From Eledone cirrhosa (Eukaryota): a stretch of DNA of 64,000 nucleotides. The translations under genes and the position numbers were made by a program. Under the pieces are notes generated by a model, which ran no database searches, was not told the DNA's origin, and was given only the letters and a program-made list of their open reading frames with translations. Of the stretch, positions 44,380 to 60,600 are shown piece by piece (positions within the stretch are counted from its first letter, which is position 1; the number at the start of each line of letters is the position of its first letter). The stretch covers positions 427,800,001 through 427,864,000 of the forward strand of contig OZ024740.1 in assembly GCA_964016885.1 (NCBI GenBank), written 5' to 3'.

Positions 44380-47300
44380 TATCTCAGTGTACCATAGTTA
44401 TATAAAACTCTACACTATCTCACTGTACCATAGTTATATAAAACTCTACCCTATCTCACTGTACCATAGTTATATAAAACTCTACCCTATCTCACTGTAC
44501 CATAGTTATATAAAACTCTACCCTATCTCAGTGTACCATAGTTATATAAAACTCTACCCTATCTCACTCTACCATAGTTATATAAAAATTTACCCTATCT
44601 CAGTGTACCATAGTTATATAAAACTCTACCATATCTCACTCTACCATAGTTATATAAAACTCTACCCTATCTCAGTGTACCATAGCTATATAAAACTCTA
44701 CCCTATCTCAGTGTACCATAGTTATATAAAACTCTACCCTATCTCACTGTACCATAGTTATATAAAACTCTACCCTATCTCAGTGTACCATAGTTATATA
44801 AAACTCTACCCTATCTCAGTGTACCATAGTTATATAAAACTCTACCCTATCTCAGTGTTGTATAGTTATATAAAACTGTACGCTATCACAGTATACCATA
44901 GTTATATAAAACTCTACCCTATCTCTGTGTACCATAGTTATATAAAACTCTACCCTATCTCACTCTACCATAGTTATATAAAACTCTACCCTATCTCAGT
45001 GTACCATAGTTATATAAAACTCTACTCTATCTCACTGTACCATAGTTATATAAAACTCTAGCCTATCTCACTGTACCATAGTTATATAAAACTCTACCCT
45101 ATCTCACTGTACCATAGTTATGTAAAATTCTACCCTATCTCAGTGTACCATAGTTATATAAAACTCTACCCTATCTCACTGTACCATGGTTATATAAAAA
45201 TTTACCCTATCTCAGTGTACCATAGTTATATAAAACTCTACCCTATCTCACTCTACCATAGTTATATAAAACTCTACCCTATCTCAGTGTACCATAGTTA
45301 TATAAAACTCTACCCTATCTCACTCTACCATAGATATATAAAACTCTACCCTATCTCAGTGCACCATAGTTATAGAAAACTCTACCCTATCTCAGTGTAC
45401 CATAGTTATATAAAACTCTACCCTATCTCAGTGTACCATAGTTATATAAAACTCTACCCTATCTCAGTGTTGTATAGTTATATAAAACTCTACCCTATCT
45501 CAGTGTACCATAGTTATATAAAACTCTACCCTATCTCAGTGTTGTATAGTTATATAAAACTCTACCCTATCTCACTGTACCATAGTTATGTAAAACTCTA
45601 CCCTATCTCACTGTACCATGGTTATATAAAAATTTACCCTATCTCAGTGTACCATAGTTATATAAAACTCTACCCTATCTCAGTGTTGTATAGTTATATA
45701 AAACTCTACCCTATCTCAGTGTACCATAGTTATATAAAACTCTACCCTATCTCACTGTTGTATAGTTATATAAAACTCTACCCTATCTCAGTGTACCATA
45801 GTTATATAAAACTCTACCCTATCTCAGTGTTGTATAGTTATATAAAACTCTACCCTATCTCAGTGTACCATAGTTATATAAAACTCTACCCTATCTCAGT
45901 GTACCATAGTTATATAAAACTCTACCCTATCTCAGTGTACCATAGTTATATAAAACTCTACCCTATCTCAGAGTACCATAGTTATATAAAACTCTACCCT
46001 ATCTCAGTGTTGTATAGTCATATAAAACACTACCCTATCTCACTGTACCATAGTTATATAAAACTCTACCCTATCTCAGTGTACCATAGTTATATAAAAC
46101 TCTACCCTATCTAAGTGTTGTATAGTTATATAAAACTCTACCCTATCTCACTGTACCATAGTTATGTAAAACTCTACCCTATCTCAGTGTACCATAGTTA
46201 TATAAAACTCTACCCTATCTCACTGTACCATGGTTATATAAAAATTTACCCTATCTCAGTGTACCATAGTTATATAAAACTCTACCCTATCTCACTCTAC
46301 CATAGTTATATAAAACTCTACCCTATCTCAGTGTACCATAGTTATATAAAACTCTACCCTATCTCAGTGTTGTATAGTTATATAAAACTCTACCCTATCT
46401 CAGTGTACCATAGTTATATAAAACTCTACCCTATCTCACTGTTGTATAGTTATATAAAACTCTACCCTATCTCAGTGTACCATAGTTATATAAAACTCTA
46501 CCCTATCTCAGTGTTGTATAGTTATATAAAACTCTACCCTATCTCAGTGTACCATAGTTATATAAAACTCTACCCTATCTCAGTGTACCATAGTTATATA
46601 AAACTCTACCCTATCTCAGTGTACCATAGTTATATAAAACTCTACCCTATCTCACTGTACCATGGTTATATAAAAATTTACCCTATCTCAGTGTACCATA
46701 GTTATATAAAACTCTACCCTATCTCACTCTACCATAGTTATATAAAACTCTACCCTATCTCAGTGTACCATAGTTATATAAAACTCTACCCTATCTCACT
46801 CTACCATAGATATATAAAACTCTACCCTATCTCAGTGCACCATAGTTATATAAAACTCTACCCTATCTCAGTGTACCATAGTTATATAAAACTCTACCCT
46901 ATCTCAGTGTACCATAGTTATATAAAACTCTACCCTATCTCAGTGTTGTATAGTTATATAAAACTCTACCCTATCTCAGTGTACCATAGTTATATAAAAC
47001 TCTACCCTAACTCACTGTTGTATAGTCATATAAAACTCTACCCTATCTCAGTGTACCATAGTTATATAAAACTCTACCCTATCTCAGTGTTGTATAGTTA
47101 TATAAAACTCTACCCTATCTCAGTGTACCATAGTTATATAAAACTCTACCCTATCTCAGTGTACCATAGTTATATAAAACTCTACCCTATCTCAGTGTAC
47201 CATAGTTATATAAAACTCTACCCTATCTCAGAGTACCATAGTTATATAAAACTCTACCCTATCTCAGTGTTGTATAGTTATATAAAACACTACCCTATCT

Positions 47301-50300
47301 CACTGTACCATAGTTATATAAAACTCTACCCTATCTCAGTGTACCATAGTTATATAAAACTCTACCCTATCTCAGTGTACCATAGTTATATAAAACTCTA
47401 CCCTATCTCAGTGTACCATAGTTATATAAAACTCTACCCTATCTCAGTGTACCATAGTTATATAAAACTCTACACTATCTCACTGTACCATAGTTATATA
47501 AAACTCTACCCTATCTCACTGTACCATAGTTATATAAAACTCTACCCTATCTCACTGTACCATAGTTATATAAAACTCTACCCTATCTCAGTGTACCATA
47601 GTTATATAAAACTCTACCCTATCTCACTTTACCATAGTTATATAAAAATTTACCCTATCTCAGTGTACCATAGTTATATAAAACTCTACCCTATCTCACT
47701 CTACCATAGTTATATAAATCTCTACCCTATCTCAGTGTACCATAGCTATATAAAACTCTACCCTATCTCAGTGTACCATAGTTATATAAAACTCTACCCT
47801 ATCTCACTGTACCATAGTTATATAAAACTCTACCCTATCTCAGTGTACCATAGTTATATAAAACTCTACCTTATCTCAGTGCACCATAGTTATAGAAAAC
47901 TGTACGCTATCACAGTATACCATAGTTATATAAAACTCTACCCTATCTCTGTGTACCATAGTTATATAAAACTCTACCCTATCTCACTGTACCATAGTTA
48001 TATAAAACTCTACCCTATCTCAGTGTACCATAGTTATATAAAACTCTACTCTATCTCACTGTACCATAGTTATATAAAACTCTACCCTATCTCACTGTAC
48101 CATAGTTATATAAAACTCTACCCTATCTCAGTGTACCATAGTTATATAAAACTCTACCCTATCTCACTCTACCATAGATATATAAAACTCTACCCTATCT
48201 CAGTGCACCATAGTTATAGAAAACTCTACCCTATCTCAGTGTACCATAGTTATATAAAACTCTACCCTATCTCAGTGTACCATAGTTATATAAAACTCTA
48301 CCCTATCTCAGTGTTGTATAGTTATATAAAACTCTACCCTATCTCAGTGTACCATAGTTATATAAAACTCTACCCTATCTCAGTGTTGTATAGTTATATA
48401 AAACTCTACCCTATCTCACTGTACCATAGTTATGTAAAACTCTACCCTATCTCACTGTACCATGGTTATATAAAAATTTACCCTATCTCAGTGTACCATA
48501 GTTATATAAAACTCTACCCTATCTCAGTGTTGTATAGTTATATAAAACTCTACCCTATCTCAGTGTACCATAGTTATATAAAACTCTACCCTATCTCACT
48601 GTTGTATAGTTATATAAAACTCTACCCTATCTCAGTGTACCATAGTTATATAAAACTCTACCCTATCTCAGTGTTGTATAGTTATATAAAACTCTACCCT
48701 ATCTCAGTGTACCATAGTTATATAAAACTCTACCCTATCTCAGTGTACCATAGTTATATAAAACTCTACCCTATCTCAGTGTACCATAGTTATATAAAAC
48801 TCTACCCTATCTCAGAGTACCATAGTTATATAAAACTCTACCCTATCTCAGTGTTGTATAGTCATATAAAACACTACCCTATCTCACTGTACCATAGTTA
48901 TATAAAACTCTACCCTATCTCAGTGTACCATAGTTATATAAAACTCTACCCTATCTAAGTGTTGTATAGTTATATAAAACTCTACCCTATCTCACTGTAC
49001 CATAGTTATGTAAAACTCTACCCTATCTCAGTGTACCATAGTTATATAAAACTCTACCCTATCTCACTGTACCATGGTTATATAAAAATTTACCCTATCT
49101 CAGTGTACCATAGTTATATAAAACTCTACCCTATCTCACTCTACCATAGTTATATAAAACTCTACCCTATCTCAGTGTACCATAGTTATATAAAACTCTA
49201 CCCTATCTCAGTGTTGTATAGTTATATAAAACTCTACCCTATCTCAGTGTACCATAGTTATATAAAACTCTACCCTATCTCACTGTTGTATAGTTATATA
49301 AAACTCTACCCTATCTCAGTGTACCATAGTTATATAAAACTCTACCCTATCTCAGTGTTGTATAGTTATATAAAACTCTACCCTATCTCAGTGTACCATA
49401 GTTATATAAAACTCTACCCTATCTCAGTGTACCATAGTTATATAAAACTCTACCCTATCTCAGTGTACCATAGTTATATAAAACTCTACCCTATCTCACT
49501 GTACCATGGTTATATAAAAATTTACCCTATCTCAGTGTACCATAGTTATATAAAACTCTACCCTATCTCACTCTACCATAGTTATATAAAACTCTACCCT
49601 ATCTCAGTGTACCATAGTTATATAAAACTCTACCCTATCTCACTCTACCATAGATATATAAAACTCTACCCTATCTCAGTGCACCATAGTTATAGAAAAC
49701 TCTACCCTATCTCAGTGTACCATAGTTATATAAAACTCTACCCTATCTCAGTGTACCATAGTTATATAAAACTCTACCCTATCTCAGTGTTGTATAGTTA
49801 TATAAAACTCTACCCTATCTCAGTGTACCATAGTTATATAAAACTCTACCCTAACTCACTGTTGTATAGTCATATAAAACTCTACCCTATCTCAGTGTAC
49901 CATAGTTATATAAAACTCTACCCTATCTCAGTGTTGTATAGTTATATAAAACTCTACCCTATCTCAGTGTACCATAGTTATATAAAACTCTACCCTATCT
50001 CAGTGTACCATAGTTATATAAAACTCTACCCTATCTCAGTGTACCATAGTTATATAAAACTCTACCCTATCTCAGAGTACCATAGTTATATAAAACTCTA
50101 CCCTATCTCAGTGTTGTATAGTTATATAAAACACTACCCTATCTCACTGTACCATAGTTATATAAAACTCTACCCTATCTCAGTGTACCATAGTTATATA
50201 AAACTCTACCCTATCTCAGTGTACCATAGTTATATAAAACTCTACCCTATCTCAGTGTACCATAGTTATATAAAACTCTACCCTATCTCAGTGTACCATA

Positions 50301-53300
50301 GTTATATAAAACTCTACACTATCTCACTGTACCATAGTTATATAAAACTCTACCCTATCTCACTGTACCATAGTTATATAAAACTCTACCCTATCTCACT
50401 GTACCATAGTTATATAAAACTCTACCCTATCTCAGTGTACCATAGTTATATAAAACTCTACCCTATCTCACTTTACCATAGTTATATAAAAATTTACCCT
50501 ATCTCAGTGTACCATAGTTATATAAAACTCTACCCTATCTCACTCTACCATAGTTATATAAATCTCTACCCTATCTCAGTGTACCATAGCTATATAAAAC
50601 TCTACCCTATCTCAGTGTACCATAGTTATATAAAACTCTACCCTATCTCACTGTACCATAGTTATATAAAACTCTACCCTATCTCAGTGTACCATAGTTA
50701 TATAAAACTCTACCTTATCTCAGTGCACCATAGTTATAGAAAACTGTACGCTATCACAGTATACCATAGTTATATAAAACTCTACCCTATCTCTGTGTAC
50801 CATAGTTATATAAAACTCTACCCTATCTCACTGTACCATAGTTATATAAAACTCTACCCTATCTCAGTGTACCATAGTTATATAAAACTCTACTCTATCT
50901 CACTGTACCATAGTTATATAAAACTCTACCCTATCTCACTGTACCATAGTTATATAAAACTCTACCCTATCTCACTGTACCATAGTTATGTAAAACTCTA
51001 CCCTATCTCAGTGTACCATAGTTATATAAAACTCTACCCTATCTCACTGTACCATGGTTATATAAAAATTTACCCTATCTCAGTGTACCATAGTTATATA
51101 AAACTCTACCCTATCTCACTCTACCATAGTTATATAAAACTCTACCCTATCTCAGTGTACCATGGTTATATAAAACTCTACCCTATCTCACTCTACCATA
51201 GATATATAAAACTCTACCCTGTCTCAGTGCACCATAGTTATAGAAAACTCTACCCTATCTCAGTGTACCATAGTTATATAAAACTCTACCCTATCTCAGT
51301 GTACCATAGTTATATAAAACTCTACACTATCTCACTGTACCATAGTTATATAAAACTCTACCCTATCTCACTGTACCATAGTTATATAAAACTCTACCCT
51401 ATCTCACTGTACCATAGTTATATAAAACTCTACCCTATCTCAGTGTACCATAGTTATATAAAACTCTACCCTATCTCACTCTACCATAGTTATATAAAAA
51501 TTTACCCTATCTCAGTGTACCATAGTTATATAAAACTCTACCATATCTCACTCTACCATAGTTATATAAAACTCTACCCTATCTCAGTGTACCATAGCTA
51601 TATAAAACTCTACCCTATCTCAGTGTACCATAGTTATATAAAACTCTACCCTATCTCACTGTACCATAGTTATATAAAACTCTACCCTATCTCAGTGTAC
51701 CATAGTTATATAAAACTCTACCCTATCTCAGTGTACCATAGTTATATAAAACTCTACCCTATCTCAGTGTTGTATAGTTATATAAAACTGTACGCTATCA
51801 CAGTATACCATAGTTATATAAAACTCTACCCTATCTCTGTGTACCATAGTTATATAAAACTCTACCCTATCTCACTCTACCATAGTTATATAAAACTCTA
51901 CCCTATCTCAGTGTACCATAGTTATATAAAACTCTACTCTATCTCACTGTACCATAGTTATATAAAACTCTAGCCTATCTCACTGTACCATAGTTATATA
52001 AAACTCTACCCTATCTCACTGTACCATAGTTATGTAAAATTCTACCCTATCTCAGTGTACCATAGTTATATAAAACTCTACCCTATCTCACTGTACCATG
52101 GTTATATAAAAATTTACCCTATCTCAGTGTACCATAGTTATATAAAACTCTACCCTATCTCACTCTACCATAGTTATATAAAACTCTACCCTATCTCAGT
52201 GTACCATAGTTATATAAAACTCTACCCTATCTCACTCTACCATAGATATATAAAACTCTACCCTATCTCAGTGCACCATAGTTATAGAAAACTCTACCCT
52301 ATCTCAGTGTACCATAGTTATATAAAACTCTACCCTATCTCAGTGTACCATAGTTATATAAAACTCTACCCTATCTCAGTGTTGTATAGTTATATAAAAC
52401 TCTACCCTATCTCAGTGTACCATAGTTATATAAAACTCTACCCTATCTCAGTGTTGTATAGTTATATAAAACTCTACCCTATCTCACTGTACCATAGTTA
52501 TGTAAAACTCTACCCTATCTCACTGTACCATGGTTATATAAAAATTTACCCTATGTCAGTGTACCATAGTTATATAAAACTCTACCCTATCTCAGTGTTG
52601 TATAGTTATATAAAACTCTACCCTATCTCAGTGTACCATAGTTATATAAAACTCTACCCTATCTCACTGTTGTATAGTTATATAAAACTCTACCCTATCT
52701 CAGTGTACCATAGTTATATAAAACTCTACCCTATCTCAGTGTTGTATAGTTATATAAAACTCTACCCTATCTCAGTGTACCATAGTTATATAAAACTCTA
52801 CCCTATCTCAGTGTACCATAGTTATATAAAACTCTACCCTATCTCAGTGTACCATAGTTATATAAAACTCTACCCTATCTCAGAGTACCATAGTTATATA
52901 AAACTCTACCCTATCTCAGTGTTGTATAGTCATATAAAACACTACCCTATCTCACTGTACCATAGTTATATAAAACTCTACCCTATCTCAGTGTACCATA
53001 GTTATATAAAACTCTACCCTATCTAAGTGTTGTATAGTTATATAAAACTCTACCCTATCTCACTGTACCATAGTTATGTAAAACTCTACCCTATCTCAGT
53101 GTACCATAGTTATATAAAACTCTACCCTATCTCACTGTACCATGGTTATATAAAAATTTACCCTATCTCAGTGTACCATAGTTATATAAAACTCTACCCT
53201 ATCTCACTGTTGTATAGTTATATAAAACTCTACCCTATCTCAGTGTACCATAGTTATATAAAACTCTACCCTATCTCAGTGTTGTATAGTTATATAAAAC

Positions 53301-55290
53301 TCTACCCTATCTCAGTGTACCATAGTTATATAAAACTCTACCCTATCTCAGTGTACCATAGTTATATAAAACTCTACCCTATCTCAGTGTACCATAGTTA
53401 TATAAAACTCTACCCTATCTCACTGTACCATGGTTATATAAAAATTTACCCTATCTCAGTGTACCATAGTTATATAAAACTCTACCCTATCTCACTCTAC
53501 CATAGTTATATAAAACTCTACCCTATCTCAGTGTACCATAGTTATATAAAACTCTACCCTATCTCACTCTACCATAGATATATAAAACTCTACCCTATCT
53601 CAGTGCACCATAGTTATAGAAAACTCTACCCTATCTCAGTGTACCATAGTTATATAAAACTCTACCCTATCTCAGTGTACCATAGTTATATAAAACTCTA
53701 CCCTATCTCAGTGTTGTATAGTTATATAAAACTCTACCCTATCTCAGTGTACCATAGTTATATAAAACTCTACCCTAACTCACTGTTGTATAGTCATATA
53801 AAACTCTACCCTATCTCAGTGTACCATAGTTATATAAAACTCTACCCTATCTCAGTGTTGTATAGTTATATAAAACTCTACCCTATCTCAGTGTACCATA
53901 GTTATATAAAACTCTACCCTATCTCAGTGTACCATAGTTATATAAAACTCTACCCTATCTCAGTGTACCATAGTTATATAAAACTCTACCCTATCTCAGA
54001 GTACCATAGTTATATAAAACTCTACCCTATCTCAGTGTTGTATAGTTATATAAAACACTACCCTATCTCACTGTACCATAGTTATATAAAACTCTACCCT
54101 ATCTCAGTGTACCATAGTTATATAAAACTCTACCCTATCTCAGTGTACCATAGTTATATAAAACTCTACCCTATCTCAGTGTACCATAGTTATATAAAAC
54201 TCTACCCTATCTCAGTGTACCATAGTTATATAAAACTCTACACTATCTCACTGTACCATAGTTATATAAAACTCTACCCTATCTCACTGTACCATAGTTA
54301 TATAAAACTCTACCCTATCTCACTGTACCATAGTTATATAAAACTCTACCCTATCTCAGTGTACCATAGTTATATAAAACTCTACCCTATCTCACTTTAC
54401 CATAGTTATATAAAAATTTACCCTATCTCAGTGTACCATAGTTATATAAAACTCTACCCTATCTCACTCTACCATAGTTATATAAATCTCTACCCTATCT
54501 CAGTGTACCATAGCTATATAAAACTCTACCCTATCTCAGTGTACCATAGTTATATAAAACTCTACCCTATCTCACTGTACCATAGTTATATAAAACTCTA
54601 CCCTATCTCAGTGTACCATAGTTATATAAAACTCTACCCTATCTCAGTGTACCATAGTTATATAAAACTCTACCTTATCTCAGTGCACCATAGTTATAGA
54701 AAACTGTACGCTATCACAGTATACCATAGTTATATAAAACTCTACCCTATCTCTGTGTACCATAGTTATATAAAACTCTACCCTATCTCACTGTACCATA
54801 GTTATATAAAACTCTACCCTATCTCAGTGTACCATAGTTATATAAAACTCTACTCTATCTCACTGTACCATAGTTATATAAAACTCTACCCTATCTCACT
54901 GTACCATAGTTATATAAAACTCTACCCTATCTCACTGTACCATAGTTATGTAAAACTCTACCCTATCTCAGTGTACCATAGTTATATAAAACTCTACCCT
55001 ATCTCACTGTACCATGGTTATATAAAAATTTACCCTATCTCAGTGTACCATAGTTATATAAAACTCTACCCTATCTCACTCTACCATAGTTATATAAAAC
55101 TCTACCCTATCTCAGTGTACCATGGTTATATAAAACTCTACCCTATCTCACTCTACCATAGATATATAAAACTCTACCCTGTCTCAGTGCACCATAGTTA
55201 TAGAAAACTCTACCCTATCTCAGTGTACCATAGTTATATAAAACTCTACCCTATCTCAGTGTACCATAGTTATATAAAACTCTACCCTAT
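44380..55290. repeat. Nested higher-order duplications: 6912-bp offset (192 units) containing a 2844-bp (79 units) tandem duplication
   Basis: TAC>TAG ending at 45061/51973 and ACCATATC at ~44628/51540 (offset 6912); TCA>TAA ending at 46114/48958/53026; CTTTACC at ~47627/50471/54395; ACCTTATC at ~47868/50712/54672. Confidence 0.88.
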
Positions 55291-57660
55291 CTCAGTGTTG
55301 TATAGTTATATAAAACTCTACCCTATCTCAGTGTACCATAGTTATATAAAACTCTACCCTATCTCACTGTTGTATAGTTATATAAAACTCTACCCTATCT
55401 CAGTGTACCATAGTTATATAAAACTCTACCCTATCTCAGTGTTGTATAGTTATATAAAACTCTACCCTATCTCAGTGTACCATAGTTATATAAATCTCTA
55501 CCCTATCTCAGTGTACCATAGTTATATAAAACTCTACCCTATCTCAGTGTACCATAGTTATATAAAACTCTACCCTATCTCAGAGTACCATAGTTATATA
55601 AAACTCTACCCTATCTCAGTGTTGTATAGTTATATAAAACACTACCCTATCTCACTGTACCATAGTTATATAAAACTCTACCCTATCTCAGTGTACCATA
55701 GTTATATAAAACTCTACCCTATCTCAGTGTTGTATAGTTATATAAAACTCTACCCTATCTCACTGTACCATAGTTATGTAAAACTCTACCCTATCTCAGT
55801 GTACCATAGTTATATAAAACTCTACCCTATCTCACTGTACCATGGTTATATAAAAATTTACCCTATCTCAGTGTACCATAGTTATATAAAACTCTACCCT
55901 ATCTCACTCTACCATAGTTATATAAAACTCTACCCTATCTCAGTGTACCATAGTTATATAAAACTCTACCCTATCTCACTCTACCATAGATATATAAAAC
56001 TCTACCCTATCTCAGTGCACCATAGTTATAGAAAACTCTACCCTATCTCAGTGTACCATAGTTATATAAAACTCTACCCTATCTCAGTGTACCATAGTTA
56101 TATAAAACTCTACCCTATCTCAGTGTTGTATAGTTATATAAAACTCTACCCTATCTCAGTGTACCATAGTTATATAAAACCCTACCCTAACTCACTGTTG
56201 TATAGTTATATAAAACTCTACCCTATCTCAGTGTACCATAGTTATATAAAACTCTACCCTATCTCAGTGTTGTATAGTTATATAAAACTCTACCCTATCT
56301 CAGTGTACCATAGTTATATAAAACTCTACCCCATCTCAGTGTACCATAGTTATATAAAACTCTACCCTATCTCAGTGTACCATAGTTATATAAAACTCTA
56401 CCCTATCTCAGAGTACCATAGTTATATAAAACTCTACCCTATCTCAGTGTTGTATAGTTATATAAAACACTACCCTATCTCACTGTACCATAGTTATATA
56501 AAACTCTACCCTATCTCAGTGTACCATAGTTATATAAAACTCTACCCTATCTCAGTGTTGTATAGTTATATAAAACTCTACCCTATCTCAGTGTACCATA
56601 GTTATATAAAACTCTACCCTATCTCAGTGTACCATAGTTATATAAAACTCTACCCTATCTCAGTGTACCATAGTTATATAAAACTCTACCCTATCTCAGT
56701 GTTGTATAGTTATATAAAACACTACCCTATCTCACTGTACCATAGTTATATAAAGCTCTACCCTATCTCAGTGCACCATAGTTATATAAAACTCTACCCT
56801 ATCTCAGTGTACCATAGTTATATGAAACTCTACCCTACCTCAGTGTTGTATAGTTATATAAAACTCTACCCTATCTCAGTGTTGTATAGTTATATAAAAC
56901 TGTACGCTATCACAGTATACCACAGTTATATAAAACTCTACCCTATCTCAGTGTACCATAGTTATATAAAACTCTACCCTATCTCACTCTACCATCGTTA
57001 TATAAATCTCTACCCTATCTCAGTGTACCATAGTTATATAAAACTCTACTCTATCTCACTGTACCATAGTTATATAAAACTCTACCCTATCTCACTGTAC
57101 CATAGTTATATAAAACTCTACCCTATCTCACTGTACCATAGTTATATAAAACTCTACCCTATCTCAGTGTACCATAGTTATATAAAACTCTACCCTATCT
57201 CACTGTACCATAGTTATATAAAAAATTACCCTATCTCAGTGTACCATAGTTATATAAAACTCTACCCTATCTCACTCTACCATAGTTATATAAAACTCTA
57301 CCCTATCTCAGTGTACCATAGCTATATAAAACTCTACCCTATCTCAGTGTACCATAGTTATATAAAACTCTACCCTATCTCAGTGCACCATAGTTATAGA
57401 AAACTCTACCCTATCTCAGTGTACCATAGTTATATAAAACTCTACCCTATCTCAGTGTACCATAGTTATATAAAACTCTACCCTATCTCAGTGTTGTATA
57501 GTTATATAAAACTCTACCCTATCTCAGTGTACCATAGTTATATAAAACTCTACCCTATCTCACTGTTGTATAGTTATATAAAACTCTACCCTATCTCAGT
57601 GTACCATAGTTATATAAAACTCTACCCTATCTCAGTGTTGTATAGTTATATAAAAATTTA

Positions 57661-60600
57661 CCCTATCTCAGTGTACCATAGTTATATAAAACTCTACCCT
57701 ATCTCAGTGTACCATAGTTATATAAAACTCTACCCTATCTCAGTGTACCATACTTATATAAAACTCTACCCTATCTCAGAGTACCATAGTTATATAAAAC
57801 TCTACCCTATCTCAGTGTTGTATAGTTATATAAAACACTACCCTATCTCACTGTACCATAGTTATATAAAACTCTACCCTATCTCAGTGTACCATAGTTA
57901 TATAAAGCTCTACCCTATCTCAGTGTTGTATAGTTATATAAAACTCTACCCTATCTCAGTGTACCATAGTTATATAAAACTCTACCCTATCTCAGTGTAC
58001 CATAGTTATATAAAACTCTGCCCTATCTCAGTGTACCATAGTTATATAAAACTCTACCCTATCTCACTCTACCATCGTTATATAAAACTCTACCCTATCT
58101 CAGTGTACCATAGTTATATAAAACTCTACTCTATCTCACTGTACCATAGTTATATAAAACTCTACCCTATCTCACTGTACCATAGTTATATAAAACTCTA
58201 CCCTATCTCAGTGTACCATACTTATATAAAACTCTACCCTATCTCAGAGTACCATAGTTATATAAAACTCTACCCTATCTCAGTGTTGTATAGTTATATA
58301 AAACACTACCCTATCTCACTGTACCATAGTTATATAAATCTCTACCCTATCTCAGTGTACCATAGTTATATAAAATTCTACCCTATCTCAGTGTTGTATA
58401 GTTATATAAAACTGTACGCTATCACAGTATACCATAGTTATATAAAACTCTACCCTATCTCAGTGTACCATAATTATATAAAACTCTACCCTATCTCACT
58501 CTACCATAGTTATATAAAACTCTACCCAATCTCAGTGTACCATAGTTATATAAAACTCTACCCTATCTCACTGTACCATAGTTATATAAAACTCTACCCT
58601 ATCTCAGTGTACCATAGTTATATAAAACTCTACCCTATCTCACTGTACCATAGTTATATAAAACTCTACCCTATCTCAGTGTACCATAGTTATATAAAAC
58701 TCTAACCTATCTCACTGTACCATAGTTATATAAAACTCTACCCTATCTCAGTGTACCATAGTTATATAAAACTCTACCCTATCTCACTGTACCATAGTTA
58801 TATAAATCTCTACCCTAACTCACTGTACCATAGTTATATAAAACTCTACCCTATCTCAGTGTACCATAGTTATATAAAACTCTACCCTATCTCAGTGTAC
58901 CATAGTTATATAAAACTCTACCCTATCTCAGTGTTGTATAGTTATATAAAACTCTACCCTATCTAAGTGTACCATAGTTATATAAAAGCCTACCCTATCT
59001 CAGTGTACCATAGTTATATAAAACTCTACCCTATCTCAGTGTACCATAGTTGTATAAAACTCTACCCTATCTCACTGTACCATAGTTATATAAAACTCTA
59101 CCCTATCTCACTGTACCATAGTTATATAAAACTCTACCCTATCTCACTGTACCATAGTTATATAAAACTCTACACTATCTCACTGTACCATAGTTATATA
59201 AAACTCTACCCTATCTCACTGTACCATAGTTATATAAAACTCTACCCTATCTCACTGTACCATAGTTATATAAAACTCTACCCTATCTCACTGTACCATA
59301 GTTATATAAAACTCTACCCTATCTCACTGTACCATAGTTATATAAAACTCTACCCTATCTCACTGTACCATAGTTATATAAAACTCTACCCTATCTCAGT
59401 GTTGTATAGTTATATAAAACTCTACACTATCTCACTGTACCATAGTTATATAAAACTCTACCCTATCTCACTGTACCATAGTTATATAAAACTCTACCCT
59501 ATCTCACTGTACCATAGTTATATAAAACTCTACCCTATCTCAGTGTTGTATAGTTATATAAAACTCTACCTTATCTCAGTGTTGTATAGTTATATAAAAC
59601 TCTACCCTATCTCAGTTTTGTATAGTTATATAAAACTGTACGCTATCACAGTATACCATAGTTATATAAAACTCTACCCTATCTCAGTGTACCATAGTTA
59701 TATAAAACTCTACCCTATCTCACTCTACCATAGTTATATAAAACTCTACCCTATCTCAGTGTACCATAGCTATATAAAACTCTACCCTATCTCAGTGTAC
59801 CATAGTTATATAAAACTCTACCCTATCTCACTGTACCATAGTTATATAAAACTCTACCCTATCTCACTGTACCATAGTTATATAAAACTCTACCCTATCT
59901 CAGTGTACCATAGTTATATAAAACTCTACCCTATCTCACTGTACCATAGTTATATAAAACTCTACCCTATCTCAGTTTACCATAGTTATATAAAACTCTA
60001 CCCTATCTCAGTGTTGTATAGTTATATAAAAATCTACCCTATCTCAGTGTTGTATAGTTATATAAAACTCTACCCTATCTCAGTGTTGTATAGTTATATA
60101 AAACTCTACCCTATCTCACTGTACCATAGTTATATAAAACTCTACCCTATCTCACTGTACCATAGTTATATAAAACTCTACCCTATCTCAGTGTTGTATA
60201 GTTATATAAAACTCTACACTATCTCACTGTACCATAGTTATATAAAACTCTACCCTATCTCACTGTACCATAGTTATATAAAACTCTACCCTATCTCACT
60301 GTACCATAGTTATATAAAACTCTACCCTATCTCAGTGTTGTATAGTTATATAAAGCTCTACCTTATCTCAGTGTTGTATAGTTATATAAAACTCTACCCT
60401 ATCTCAGTTTTGTATAGTTATATAAAACTCTACCCTATCTCAGTGTACCATAGTTATATAAAACTCTACCCTATCTCAGTGTACCATAGTTATATAAAAC
60501 TCTACCCTATCTCAGTGTACCATACTTATATAAAACTCTACCCTATCTCAGAGTACCATAGTTATATAAAACTCTACCCTATCTCAGTGTTGTATAGTTA

